Shown here: positions 36,201-47,763 of the stretch, piece by piece | Position numbering within the stretch: position 1 is the stretch's first letter | How the letters are laid out: each line of letters opens with the position of its first letter | Assembly: GCA_010909165.1 (NCBI GenBank) | Contig: VJWM01000289.1 | Coordinates: 1-64,000, forward strand | Length of the DNA stretch: 64,000 nt | Direction: 5' to 3' | Source of the DNA: Anthoceros angustus | Taxonomy: Eukaryota > Plantae > Anthocerotophyta | Notes under the pieces: model-generated | The model's database searches: none | What the model saw: only the letters and a program-made list of their open reading frames with translations | Told to the model about the DNA's origin: nothing | Program-made: the position numbers and the translations under genes

Positions 36201-37485
36201 TGGACAAAGGATGAACACTTATCATACATGTGGCCCGAACCACCTTGAACATAAAAGCTGCGCTTCTCGGTGATTTGATGCAATAAAACCATGTCATCGA
36301 GCCTAGTATAATAAACATAGATTAAATATATATGTATTAATGTATAATTGAGGGAAAAACGATGGGGAAAAACCTATCCAACACGGACAATGAGGGTGGA
36401 CCTAGGGTCAAGGTCAAAAAAGCGACTAAGCCCTTACCTAAAGTTACCTCGCCTAGAACATCATGTGCGGGAAGAACAAATGGCACCGCAAATACGGAGG
36501 AAGAGGAAGAAGCGTCAAATGGCCTGCAAATGACGGAGGAAGAGGAAGAGGTGTCAAATGGCCTGCAAATGACGGAGGAAAAGGAAGAAGCGTGAAATGG
36601 CACACACGCGTAGAAGAGGAAGAAGTCACTTGCCACCATCGCCTTGTGAATAAATACATTGCCATCCCTTAGGTTGTCCTGGGTAATATATTTATTCTAT
36701 CTAAAATTTTAATTAATTTTATGAATTCAAAAGTATTCAATTTTCATATAAATTGTCATACGATCTGAAGTTTTCACGTAATTAAAAGAACAAATACTTG
36801 AGGATGAGTTTCTTCTTGGAACCATGTTCCAAGAAGAAACTCACAGATAATCGTTTAGAATTAAGCTGTTGGACTTCAATTGAGACGTACTTGTAATAAA
36901 TTTATGTAATTGAGAAAGAAAGTAAAAATAGATCCATGTGTCATCTGTTACACCTCGCCCGTGATTCCTACCAAGAATAGCCTAAGATTTAAAGAATTAT
37001 CAACAGGCTAAAGAAAGAATACTTATAGGAATTAACCAGCCTCCCCTCGTTGGGAACTAGGTACACTCCATATCCGAGCCAAGTCCGGCAAAAATTGATC
37101 ATTGGATGGAGGGTTGGCTTAAGAGCATTTCAAATAGCCAGATTCACTAAAACAAAGCTTGCTACATCGCGCGACAGAGAAGGTCATGTGTGAACAAAAA
37201 AAAAAAGCTCGCTACATTGCGGCACATAGAAGGTCATATAGTGGGAAAACAACTGCTCTGGGCTTTGGTGCGGCCAAAGAGGGACGGAAGGCCCCGTGTC
37301 CGTAACCATCGGGCAACTGTCAAGCTCAAATTTTCTCAACCCTAGCCACGGGGTTCTCATTCAGGAGGAGACGGTGAGCCATACATGTGCATATGCATAC
37401 GTACGTGATGATCAGCCATAAAAATGTATCAACATTTCCTCTAAGACTGGTGTGCATTCACCATGTATGCAGTTCTCACTCAGTC

Positions 37486-40349
37486 TCAAGGTCGACCTTC
37501 ACAGCTGCAAGAGCCAGCAGCGAATCGATGTACACGGTACCCATCCCTTACAACAATGTCTCTCCCTTCAACCCTTGACATAATCTCCGTGGAACTGTGG
37601 CAGTCGCTACACATGCGTAGATTCTTCGTTACCACCAGAGGTGTGCCACTGGGAGTGTTCAAGAGACCAAACGCAAGAGCTAGCTTCTCAGCATGCCCGC
37701 AAAGCGCATCTTCCTTTTCCTTCTCAGAGAGTGGCTTCAAAACCAACTTTGTGTGTGGTATGTGGCCCCCTTCCTGCTTCAGACGTGCATTTGTGCTCTC
37801 TACTTGAAGAGCAAGATCATCTCTGCGTTCTCCCACCACAAATGTATGTACCTGCTTGTTCACCTCAATGCCCGCCACTGCAGGTTTCTTGTTAGCTCCT
37901 ACCAACAGTCTCTGTGTTTCAATCCTATCTACGTCAGTCCACCTACCTGCATCTGCATAGGCATTGGCCATGAGCACGTATGAGGATGCACTCTGAGGTC
38001 CAGTCTAACGAGATTTTCAAAACATCGCGTCGCTCTATATCCCCTGACTTTTGCAGGCATTCAGCAAAGACGTCAATCCCACAACATTGCTTTGGCTCTC
38101 ACATGATTGTAGCATGTTCTCTGCCTCATCTAAATGGCCTGCACGCCCAAGAAGATCAATCATGCAATTGTAATGCTCACAGTAGGTTTGATGCCATGCT
38201 GTTCAAAACATGGAATCAAAGTGCTTGCGACCCTCATCCACCAGTCCTCATGACTGCATGCTACTAAAAGGCAAGTGGTGGCATTATCAGGCTGAATACG
38301 GGCAACTAACATCTCCTCAAAACAAGCTAGTGCATCGTGAGCCTCATCACAAATACCACACACCCACCTATCAGGGCATTCCATGTCACCACATCCTTTG
38401 TGGCTGTCAAAAACCTGGCATGCATCTTCCAGTTCGCCACATTTTGCATACATGTCCACCAGGCAGTTGCCCACCAATCGTTATCTACCTGTCCTCTTTC
38501 CACAATCTGTGAGTGCAGCTGCCTGCCCTTCTGTAATGCACCAGCGCTTGCACAGGCCTTCAGAAGGCAAGCAAAAGTAACATGGTCAGCCACAATCAGG
38601 CCCTCCTGCTCCATTTGTCCATACAGAACAAGTGCCTCATCACCAAGACCTTGCTGTGCATACCCAGCAATCAGGGCTGTCCATGTCACCACATTTTTAT
38701 CGACAAGCTGTCAAAAACCTGGCGTGCATCTTCCAGTTCACCACATTTTGCATACATGTCCACCAGGCAGTGCCCACAATTATGTTATCTAGCTGTCCTC
38801 TTTCCACAATCTGTGAGTGCAGCTGCCTGCCCTGCTGTAAGGCACCAGCGCTTGCACAGGCCTTCAGAAGGCAAGCAAAAGTAACATGGTCAGCCAGAAT
38901 CAGGCCCTCATGCTCCATTTGTCCATACAGAACAAGCGCCTCCTGCCGAGGCCTTGTGCATACCCAGCAATCAGGGCATTCCATGTCACCACATCCTTTG
39001 CCAAGCTGTCAAAAACCTGGCGTGCATCTTCCAGTTCGCCACACATACATGTCCACCAGGCAGTTGCCACGAGTACGTTATCTACCTGTCCCTTTCACAA
39101 TCTGTGAGTGCAGCTGCCTGCCCTTGAGTAAGGCACCAGCGCACAGGCCTTCAGAAGGCAAGCAAAAGTAACATGGTCAGCCACAATCAGGCCCTCCTCC
39201 ATTTGTCCATACAGAATAAGCGCCTCCTGGCCCAAACCATGTTTTGCATACCCAGCTATCAGGGCCGTCCATGTCACCACATCCTTGTGCCCAAGCTGTC
39301 AAAAACCTGCGTGCATCTTCCAGTTCGCCACATTTTGCATACATATCCACCAGGCAGTTGCCAACAAACAAGCTAGGAGGCATGTCGCTGTTCCACACAT
39401 CACGGTGCACTTTTCTGCCCGATTCCAAGTCCGCAGCAAATGCACAAGCTTGAAGGGTTGCGACAAAGACGTGAGCATCTGCCTTCACACCTGAGCTACG
39501 CATCTCTTGGTACAGTTGTATAGCCTCATTGGGTCTCCCAAGTTTCGCATGCGCGGAGATTATGGAAAACCAAGTAAAGACACTTGGCTTGGCAACTCTG
39601 GTGAACACATCCATGGCCTCCGGTAGCCTACCTCCAAATGCATACATGCGTAAGATATGATTCCCCACATATGAATCTGACTCGTAGCCAAGTGTGACAA
39701 TCAGATCATGAACTCGTCGCCCCACAACAACATCCTTCTTAACTGCACAAAGCTTCAGCACAGTACAACAGAGAGACTGAGAAATAGGAAAGTCTGCCTG
39801 CGCCAGAGATTCCAGAGCTCCAACAGCCTCAGCAAGCTTCCCCTGTTGACAAAAAGTGCTTACTGCTGCAGCCGTTACGACGCCCATTTCTGATCCTGCA
39901 CGCCTGCCAGGCTCAGGCTTATTCGTAGAGCTCCACTTGGAAAGAGAGGCACCGTGACCCATCTGCATATCCAAAGAAACCAGCTGCTCATCCACCCAAG
40001 CTGGCTTCAACATGCTGTTTAACCAGAGAACCTCGTCGGACCCCTTGCACCGAAAGTCTGGCGAATCTGAGCTCTTACCTCCTCTGTTATCCCACCACAT
40101 TGCAGGGTCCAGAAAAAATCGTCGCCACAAGAGCTCCTGCTCCTGCCGAACTCCATCGGTGGGCAATACTTCCCCAGCCATATATTTGCCTGAGGATGCT
40201 GAGCTTCTTACACTGCTGCACCGACACGCTTGGCTGTTCGCCAGCGGTTGCCTCCATAAGGTTGAGTGAGCAGGAACTCCTGGTAGAATCCCTGTGCACT
40301 CACCAGTTTGTTGGGCCAATAACGGATCAGCTTGCCACACTTTGGCCAT
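37486..40349 (-). pseudogene. PPR-E second copy: intact N-terminus/PDF (39526-40349) and DYW:KP end, frameshifted PLS body
   Basis: MAKVWQADPLL at 40349, WWDNRGGKSSDSPDFRCK; ORF 37486-37977 ends CSCEGRP. Confidence 0.85.
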
Positions 40350-40830
40350 CTTGCAGGCCCCGCTCTCAAAAGATGAGACCCACAACAAACTCTGCAGCCT
40401 GTTGCAGGACTGTCCATAGTTTTGCTTGCTACGTCGTCCAGACTGTGAATCGATCATAAGGGTGATATGTACATGGTAGGTATTTATAAATTTATTGAAC
40501 TTAATTATCAAGAATTCATACCGCAGTCTGCTTCACAACGTATTGGCATCTCATAGATCATGCCCACAGGGCGAAGAGTGGAGACCATCCCAGGTTCCAA
40601 GCCCCTTGTAATCCTGGCGTCCGTGGCCCCGTGTATCATGTTGCTGATGGAAGCTGTGCGTGTTTTATTTTTTGTGTTGACGGGTATGCCATCGGCAAGC
40701 TGTCTGCACTGCCCAGACTAAGGGTGGCCTAAGCAGCGCTAATGGTGTGGTCATGCATAGCACCTGGGCATCCCGACACTGCTTGCATTGATTGTTGTGA
40801 GTGTTATCTTCCGAGAGCGGGGTCTGTAAG

Positions 40831-43695
40831 ATGGCCACAGTCTGGCAACCGGATGCCCTGTGGGTCCAAGAAATTGGTGGGTGTACAGGGATTCTACCAG
40901 GAGCTACCGCTCACCACTTGTTGAGGAATCATTCGCTGGGAAATACTAGAAAGTGGATGGCTGGGGAACGATTTCCCAGCGATGGGAGTCGCCAGGAGCA
41001 GGAGCTGTTGTGGCAACAATTTTTTCTGGACCCTGCAATGTGGTGGGATAACAGGCGAGGTAAGAAGAGTTGTGGTTCGCCCGACTTCCGGCGTAAGGTG
41101 TCCGGCGAGGTCCTCTGGTTAAACAGCATGTTCAAGCCAGCTTGGGTCGATGAGCAGCTGGTTTCTTTGGATATGCAGATGGGTTATGGTGGCTCTCTTT
41201 CCAAGTCTAGCTCTCCCAATAAGCCTGAGCCTGGCAGGCATGCAGGATCAGATGTGGGTGTCGGAACTGCTGTATCAGTGAGCACGTTATGTCGGCAGGG
41301 GAAGCTTACTGGGGCCGTTGAAGCCCTGGAATCTCTGGCGCAGGCAGACTGTCCTATTTCTCAGTCTCTCTTTTTCACTGTGCTAAAGCTGTGTGCAGCT
41401 AAGAAAGATCTGGTTATTGGCAGACGAGTTCATGATCTGACTGTCAAACTTGGGTACGAGTCAGATACGTTCTTGGGAAACCATATCTTGCGAATGTATG
41501 CAGGTGGAGGAAGGCTACAGGAGGCCATGGATGTGTTCACCAGGGTGGGTAAACCAGATGCCTTCATGTGGTTTTCCATAATCTCTGCGCATGCTAAACT
41601 TGGGAAACCCAATGAGGCCATCAGACTGTACCATGAGATGTGTGGCTCAGGTGTGCAGGCGGATGCTCACGTCTTTGTTGCAGCCCTTCAAGCTTGTGCC
41701 TTTGCCGTGGACTTGGAATCTGGCCAAAAGGTGCACCGTGATGTGTTACACAGTGGCCTTCCTCCTAACTTGTTTGTTGGCAACTGCTTGGTGGATATGT
41801 ATGCAAAATGCGGCGAACTGGAAGATGCACGCCGGGTTTTTGACAGCTTGGGCACAAAGGATGTGGTGACATGGAATGCCTTGATAGCTGGGTATGCTAA
41901 TCAAGGTCTCGGCCAGGATGCACTTGTTCTGTATGGACAAATGGAGCAGGAGGGCCTGGTTGTGGGTGACCATGTTACTTTTGCTTCCCTTCTGAAGGCC
42001 TGTGCAAATGCTGGTGCCTTGCAGAAGGGCCGGCAGCTGCACTCACAGATTGTGGAAATGGGACAGCTAGATGACGTACTTGTGGGAACTAGCCTGGTGG
42101 ACATGTATGCAAAATGTGGCGAACTGGAAGATGCACGCCAGGTTTTTGACAGCTTGGCCACAAAGGATGTGGTGACATGGAACGCCCTAATTGCCGGCTA
42201 TGCCCAGCAAGGTCTTGGCCAAGAAGCCCTTGCTCTGTATGGGCAAATGGACCAGGACTGCCTGATTGTGGCTGACGAGGTAACTTTTGCTTGCCTTCTA
42301 AAAGCGTGCGCAAGCGCTGGGGATTTACAGAAGGGCAGGCAACTGCACTCACAGATTGTGGAAAGAGGACAACTAGATAACATACTTGTGAACACTTGCC
42401 TGGTTGACATGTATGCAAAGTGTGGCAAGTTGGAAGATGCACGGCGGGTTTTTGACAGCTTGGCCACAAAAAATGTGGTGACGTGGACAGCCCTGCTTGC
42501 TGGGTATGCACAGCAAGGTTTAGGGCAAGAGGCGCTTGGTTTATATGGACAAATGGAGCACGACGGCCAGGTTGCAGGTGACCATGTGACTTTTGCTTGC
42601 CTTCTGAACTCCTGTGCAAGTGCTGGTGCCTTACAGAAGGGCAGGCAGCTGCACTCACAGATTGTGGAAAGAGGCCATCTGGATAGCGTACTGATAGGAA
42701 ACTGCTTGGTGGACATGTATGCAAAGTGTGGCGCCCTGGAAGATGCACACCGTGTTTTTGACAGCTTGGCCATCAAGGATGTGGTGACATGGAATGCCCT
42801 GATAGCTGGCTGTGGTACTTGTGATGAAGCTTACAAAGCACTAGCTTGTTTTGAGGAGATGTTAGTCGCTGGTATTCAGCCTGATGATGCTACGTTTACT
42901 TGCCTTTTAGTAGCGTGCAGTCATGGGGGACTGGTGGATGAGGGTCGCATGCACTTTGATTCTATGGTTGAACGGCATGGCATCAAACCTACTGTGGAGC
43001 ATTACAATTGCATGATTGATCTACTTGGCCGTGCAGGCCATTTAGATGAAGCCGAGAACATGCTATTATCATGTGAGAGTCAAAGCGATGCTGTGGGCTT
43101 GATGTCTTTGCTGAATGCCTGCAAAAACCATGGGGACGTAGATAGGGCGACGCGGTGTTTTGAAAGTCTCGTGAAACTGGAGCCTCAGGGTGCATCTGCG
43201 TACGTGCTCATGGCCAATGCCTATGCAGATGCAGGTCGGTGGGCCGATGTGGAGAGGATTGAAACACAAAGAATGGTAGCAGGAGCTAACAAGAAACCTG
43301 CAGTGGCTGGTATTGAGGTGAAGAGGCAGGTACATACATTTGCAGTGGGAGAAAACAGACATGATATTGCGCTCAAGGTAGAGAGGATGAATGCACGTCT
43401 GAAGCAGGAAGGGGGCCATGTACCACACACTAAGTTGGTTTTGAAGCCACTCTCTGAGAAGGAAAAGGAAGATGCGCTTTGCGGGCATGCTGAAAAGCTA
43501 GCTCTTGCGTTTGGTCTCTTGAACACTCCGAGTGGCACACCTCTGGTGGTAACGAAGAACTTACGCATGTGCAGTGACTGCCACAGTTCCACGGAGATCA
43601 TGTCAAAGGTTGAACAGAGAGACATTGTTGTAAGGGATGGGTACCGAGTACATCGATTCGCCGCTGGCTGTTGCAGTTGTCATGGTCGACCTTGA
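40831..43695 (+). CDS. PPR-F: PDF + PLS (17 motifs) + E1/E2 + DYW:KP (GRP), intact 954 aa
   Basis: MATVWQPDALW start at 40831; ends CSCHGRP. Confidence 0.95.
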   Translation: MATVWQPDALWVQEIGGCTGILPGATAHHLLRNHSLGNTRKWMAGERFPSDGSRQEQELLWQQFFLDPAMWWDNRRGKKSCGSPDFRRKVSGEVLWLNSMFKPAWVDEQLVSLDMQMGYGGSLSKSSSPNKPEPGRHAGSDVGVGTAVSVSTLCRQGKLTGAVEALESLAQADCPISQSLFFTVLKLCAAKKDLVIGRRVHDLTVKLGYESDTFLGNHILRMYAGGGRLQEAMDVFTRVGKPDAFMWFSIISAHAKLGKPNEAIRLYHEMCGSGVQADAHVFVAALQACAFAVDLESGQKVHRDVLHSGLPPNLFVGNCLVDMYAKCGELEDARRVFDSLGTKDVVTWNALIAGYANQGLGQDALVLYGQMEQEGLVVGDHVTFASLLKACANAGALQKGRQLHSQIVEMGQLDDVLVGTSLVDMYAKCGELEDARQVFDSLATKDVVTWNALIAGYAQQGLGQEALALYGQMDQDCLIVADEVTFACLLKACASAGDLQKGRQLHSQIVERGQLDNILVNTCLVDMYAKCGKLEDARRVFDSLATKNVVTWTALLAGYAQQGLGQEALGLYGQMEHDGQVAGDHVTFACLLNSCASAGALQKGRQLHSQIVERGHLDSVLIGNCLVDMYAKCGALEDAHRVFDSLAIKDVVTWNALIAGCGTCDEAYKALACFEEMLVAGIQPDDATFTCLLVACSHGGLVDEGRMHFDSMVERHGIKPTVEHYNCMIDLLGRAGHLDEAENMLLSCESQSDAVGLMSLLNACKNHGDVDRATRCFESLVKLEPQGASAYVLMANAYADAGRWADVERIETQRMVAGANKKPAVAGIEVKRQVHTFAVGENRHDIALKVERMNARLKQEGGHVPHTKLVLKPLSEKEKEDALCGHAEKLALAFGLLNTPSGTPLVVTKNLRMCSDCHSSTEIMSKVEQRDIVVRDGYRVHRFAAGCCSCHGRP

Positions 43696-43751
43696 GAATG
43701 TCAGCGGAAGTACGTACTTCTATGTACTTCTATGTACTTCTATGTCATTCA

Positions 43752-44279
43752 TCAAGAGAAATAACCTTGAAATCTTGCATGGGCTTTCTGTAGCTTATTC
43801 AGACCCTCGCCCACTCTTGAGATTGAAGCCTTTCCCTGAGTTTGTACGGACACATTCGAGAACATCTGACTGATGTTACCAAATAGTCTGGCCACAGCAA
43901 TATTACCTGCTTCCTGGGTGAGAGCAACTAGGTCTGCACCAGCAAACACAGGAGTCTGCCGTGCAAATTGTATGAAGTCGAAGGTCCCTTCCAGTCGCAG
44001 CCCTTCTGAGCTGTGTCCATCCTCTGAGCGATGGCGCCCATCTCATCGATGAAGATGATGCTCGGGGCTGCTCTCTGTGCGTCAGCAAACACTGCTGGAA
44101 CTTTTGCTTCTGATCCACCTGCTCGTTCCACATATCGTCCAACATGACAAAAAGAAACAACATGAGGAATCCATTATCCTCTCAGAGCCCACCATAGCTG
44201 GGAAGGAGTAGGAGCATGTACCTAACATTCCAGAGACAAGTTCGGGCGCAGAGATATTAATGGCACTCCCATCCCACAA
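43752..44279 (-). pseudogene. Fragment of NVL/CDC48C-like AAA+ ATPase
   Basis: INISAPELVSGMLG; GSEAKVPAVFADAQRAAPSIIFIDEMGAI (altered Walker B); FAGADLVALTQEAG; fragments in different frames, no Walker A seen. Confidence 0.75.
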
Positions 44280-44414
44280 ACAATGGCATTTGCCAGTGAT
44301 GTCTTCCCACAGCCGGAGGGTCCGTGAAGGAGAATATCTCGAGGAGGCTGTAGACCGAGATGTGCATATGCCTCGGGATGCCGAAAAGAACGCTATATGA
44401 CCCTAATAGTACCA

Positions 44415-45110
44415 CAGTCCACCCTCCCTAATTGGTAACTCCATGAATGGAACTCCATGAATGGAAACCTATGTAATTAGGAGCTAAACCTTTGCTCCCT
44501 TGAATGTGCAAAGGGCTAAATGATAAGTAGTAATTGAGAATTTTTAGAAATTAAGTTAATATATTTAATAGATTTTATTCTCTAATTAATATTATCATAT
44601 ATAATTTTAAATTAATTAATTAATAAATTATGTTGAATCTAAAGTTCATGTTGTGTTCACATATTAATATTATGTTCTTTTTTTTGTAAGTCTTTTCCTA
44701 TCTTTTCCTAAGTCTTTTCCTATGCAAGTTGTTGTCTTATTGTTCCTTGATGCAAATTTGTTGATGGAATCATGCTGCTTCATAAGCATTACTCCTTAAC
44801 AAAAAAAAGTAGAAGAGAGAGACTTGTAAGTACCATGCTGAATATCCAAGTTTCATAAGAAGAAGTTATGCCCATGAACAAGTGAGCAGTTTTCAATATG
44901 GATGAGGAGGTTGAGGAAAATGTTGAAGAGGAAGTCAATATAGGAAGCAATGCCACTAGTCAAGAAGGAGGATGCAGATAAAGCCATGGAGATGGTGAAG
45001 ATGTATTTGATACAACAATCACAAAACACTCTAGAATCTTTGCTATGGAGATGGTGAAGATAGATTGGATACATACAGTCTTAAAACACTCTACGATCTT
45101 TGAAGGTGCA
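44415..45110 (+). mobile_element. pogo/Tc1-mariner-like element remnant (left TIR plus AT-rich body)
   Basis: CAGTCCACCCTCCCTAATTGGTAACTCC at 44415 resembles the inverted end at 58268-58303; degraded acidic tail DEEVEENVEEE and PLVKKEDADKAMEMVKMYLIQQ resembles pogo C-termini. Confidence 0.45.
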
Positions 45111-45632
45111 TTATCTCTTAGAAAACCACATCACTAGTCATCATATCAAAGCATAGATAAGTATTAGTGATTATTTTAAGTGAGATATATGAGGTCCACC
45201 TTCATTATCCCGTACCGGATGAGTTTTTTCCCATCCTTTTTTCTTTCAATAAAATATAATAACCTTCTTATAAATGAGATATATGAATTGAACTCTAATT
45301 ATTATTAAAAATATAAATTAATATCATGAAATATCTCCCTATAGGGTCGCTTCCAAACAATCCCATCGAGGAAGGGTCGACTGTATGTATGACACCCTCA
45401 ATTCCCCCAAGATCTTCAAAGGATTTCTTCGTAGGGGCAGACATGACGAGACTATTTCTAGAGTTCTAGGTTTTTTATAATAAAGTCTTCTTTTGCTCCT
45501 TTCTAGGGTTAGGCTTATAAGAACCGTGTACCCCGACCTATATTTCTCTTTCGACGAGCCTTCGTGGACTCTCTCGCGCGCGAAGTCTCCGGCCGCGAGC
45601 ACCGTCGGCGCGTTCGCCACAGCCGGTGCAAG

Positions 45633-46300
<668 letters not shown>

Positions 46301-46960
46301 CATGGACCTGCATCCAGGGCCATCAGGGGGTGCTGTGTCCCCTTCTGTGCCGCTTGGAGCGAAGCTGTTGAGAAAGCAGCTATGTGTAAGCTGCTCCAAT
46401 TTTGCAGTGAAAATCGGCTGTCAATCGTTACCACCAGCTTCGTCATTGATAACTGTTATTCAGAGATCCGAATCGTGTTGCGGAGGTGTTCATGGTATGC
46501 TTGTGTTTGAGAAGGCAGCGATGTGTAAGCTGCTCCAGTTTTGCAGTGAAAATTGGCACGGAATTGTTTGGTTTAGTCTAATCCCCTTTGTTTCGCTTGG
46601 ACCTAACCCTGCACAATGCTTATACCCTTTTGAGCTGTTTCGCTGTCGCCCTGTACGCTTGAGGCGGTGATGACGGACCTTGCTTTCGACAGACAATTGA
46701 TATGGTCATCTGTCTCGCAGTCTTCCTCCAACTAAGTGGCAAGTCAATTGTTAGAAGATCCGGTCGCGTGGATTCCAGCATGGCCGTTTACAGTCCACGG
46801 TGTCCGTTGGTCATACAGGCCGAAGAGAAGTTTCTACTCTCCTCATTTTGTATTCGTGAAGGATACCGCCCTCGTTTACTGGTCATGAATCAGCTGGGGC
46901 ATTGGTTTAAAGGCCAGTGAATCAGCTGGACGTGCAACAGCTTCGAGCTACAGTCCCTGA

Positions 46961-47262
46961 ACAGACACTGGCAATCCTCCGAGCGAAGTAGGAGCCAGCC
47001 TTTGACAAACACTGGCAATCCTCCGGGCGAAGTAGGAGCAAGCCTTTGACAGACAGGCAATCCTCCGAGCCAAGTAGGACCAAGCCTTTGACAGGCACTG
47101 GCAATCCTCCGAGCGAAGTAGGAGCAAGCCTTTGACAGACACTGGCAATCCTCCGAGCGAAGTAGGAGCAAGCCTTTGACAGACACTGGCAATCCTCCGA
47201 GCGAAGTAGGAGCAAGCCTTTGACAAACCCTGTCAATCCTCAGGGCGAAGTAGGAGCTGAAC
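46961..47262. repeat. 44-bp minisatellite, about 7 units
   Basis: acagacactggcaatcctccgagcgaagtaggagcaagcctttg repeated head to tail. Confidence 0.92.
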
Positions 47263-47763
47263 AGATGCTTCCCACTTAATCAGATATCTGTTCTCGCTTA
47301 ATCAGATTGAGAGGAATCTCCTCGCCTAGATGCTTCCCGCTCAATCAGGTTGAGAGGAGTCTCCCCTCTTAGAAAGCAAACGTCAGTCACATCAAGGCTC
47401 CAGCTGTTGATGAAGTCCTCAGGTCACCTTCAGGTAGCAAGGGATACGTACAACAACCGCTCACGCATTCACACGATGGCATGGCAACCAACACTCATAA
47501 CTGGAGGCATGGAACTAACCAGCTCCGTGTTGAAAGGGGTCACGCCCCGTGCATTGCTAAGTCTCCTGATACCTATTCAACGTCATTGTGCGCCTTCGCC
47601 CCGTGAGATCTTCCATATCTTCTGCCAATGCCGGATATGGCCCACTTGCTGTCTTTGAATCAACCAGCTGCCCTGTCTTAATTGCTGTTGTGGCTCCAAC
47701 ATCTTAATCCTCACACAGGCCAACTCCAAAATAAGTTTTCAGGTGGCTAGATCCACTTTATTG

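Larger units (their letters stand above)
29311..39525. repeat. ~10.3-kb tandem duplicate of 18706-29310
   Basis: Collinear throughout (PPR-D 5' end, Fat gene, AT-rich island, PPR-E body); differences mostly 1-3 bp deletions. Confidence 0.92.

Noticed and set aside
45504-45511. Telo-box upstream of RPS15a
   Set aside because: Only a 7-bp partial match (AACCCTA), too short to support alone
46961-47262. CRISPR-like array
   Set aside because: Units are contiguous with no unique spacers, no cas genes, eukaryotic context; the same applies to the 39-bp and 82-bp arrays
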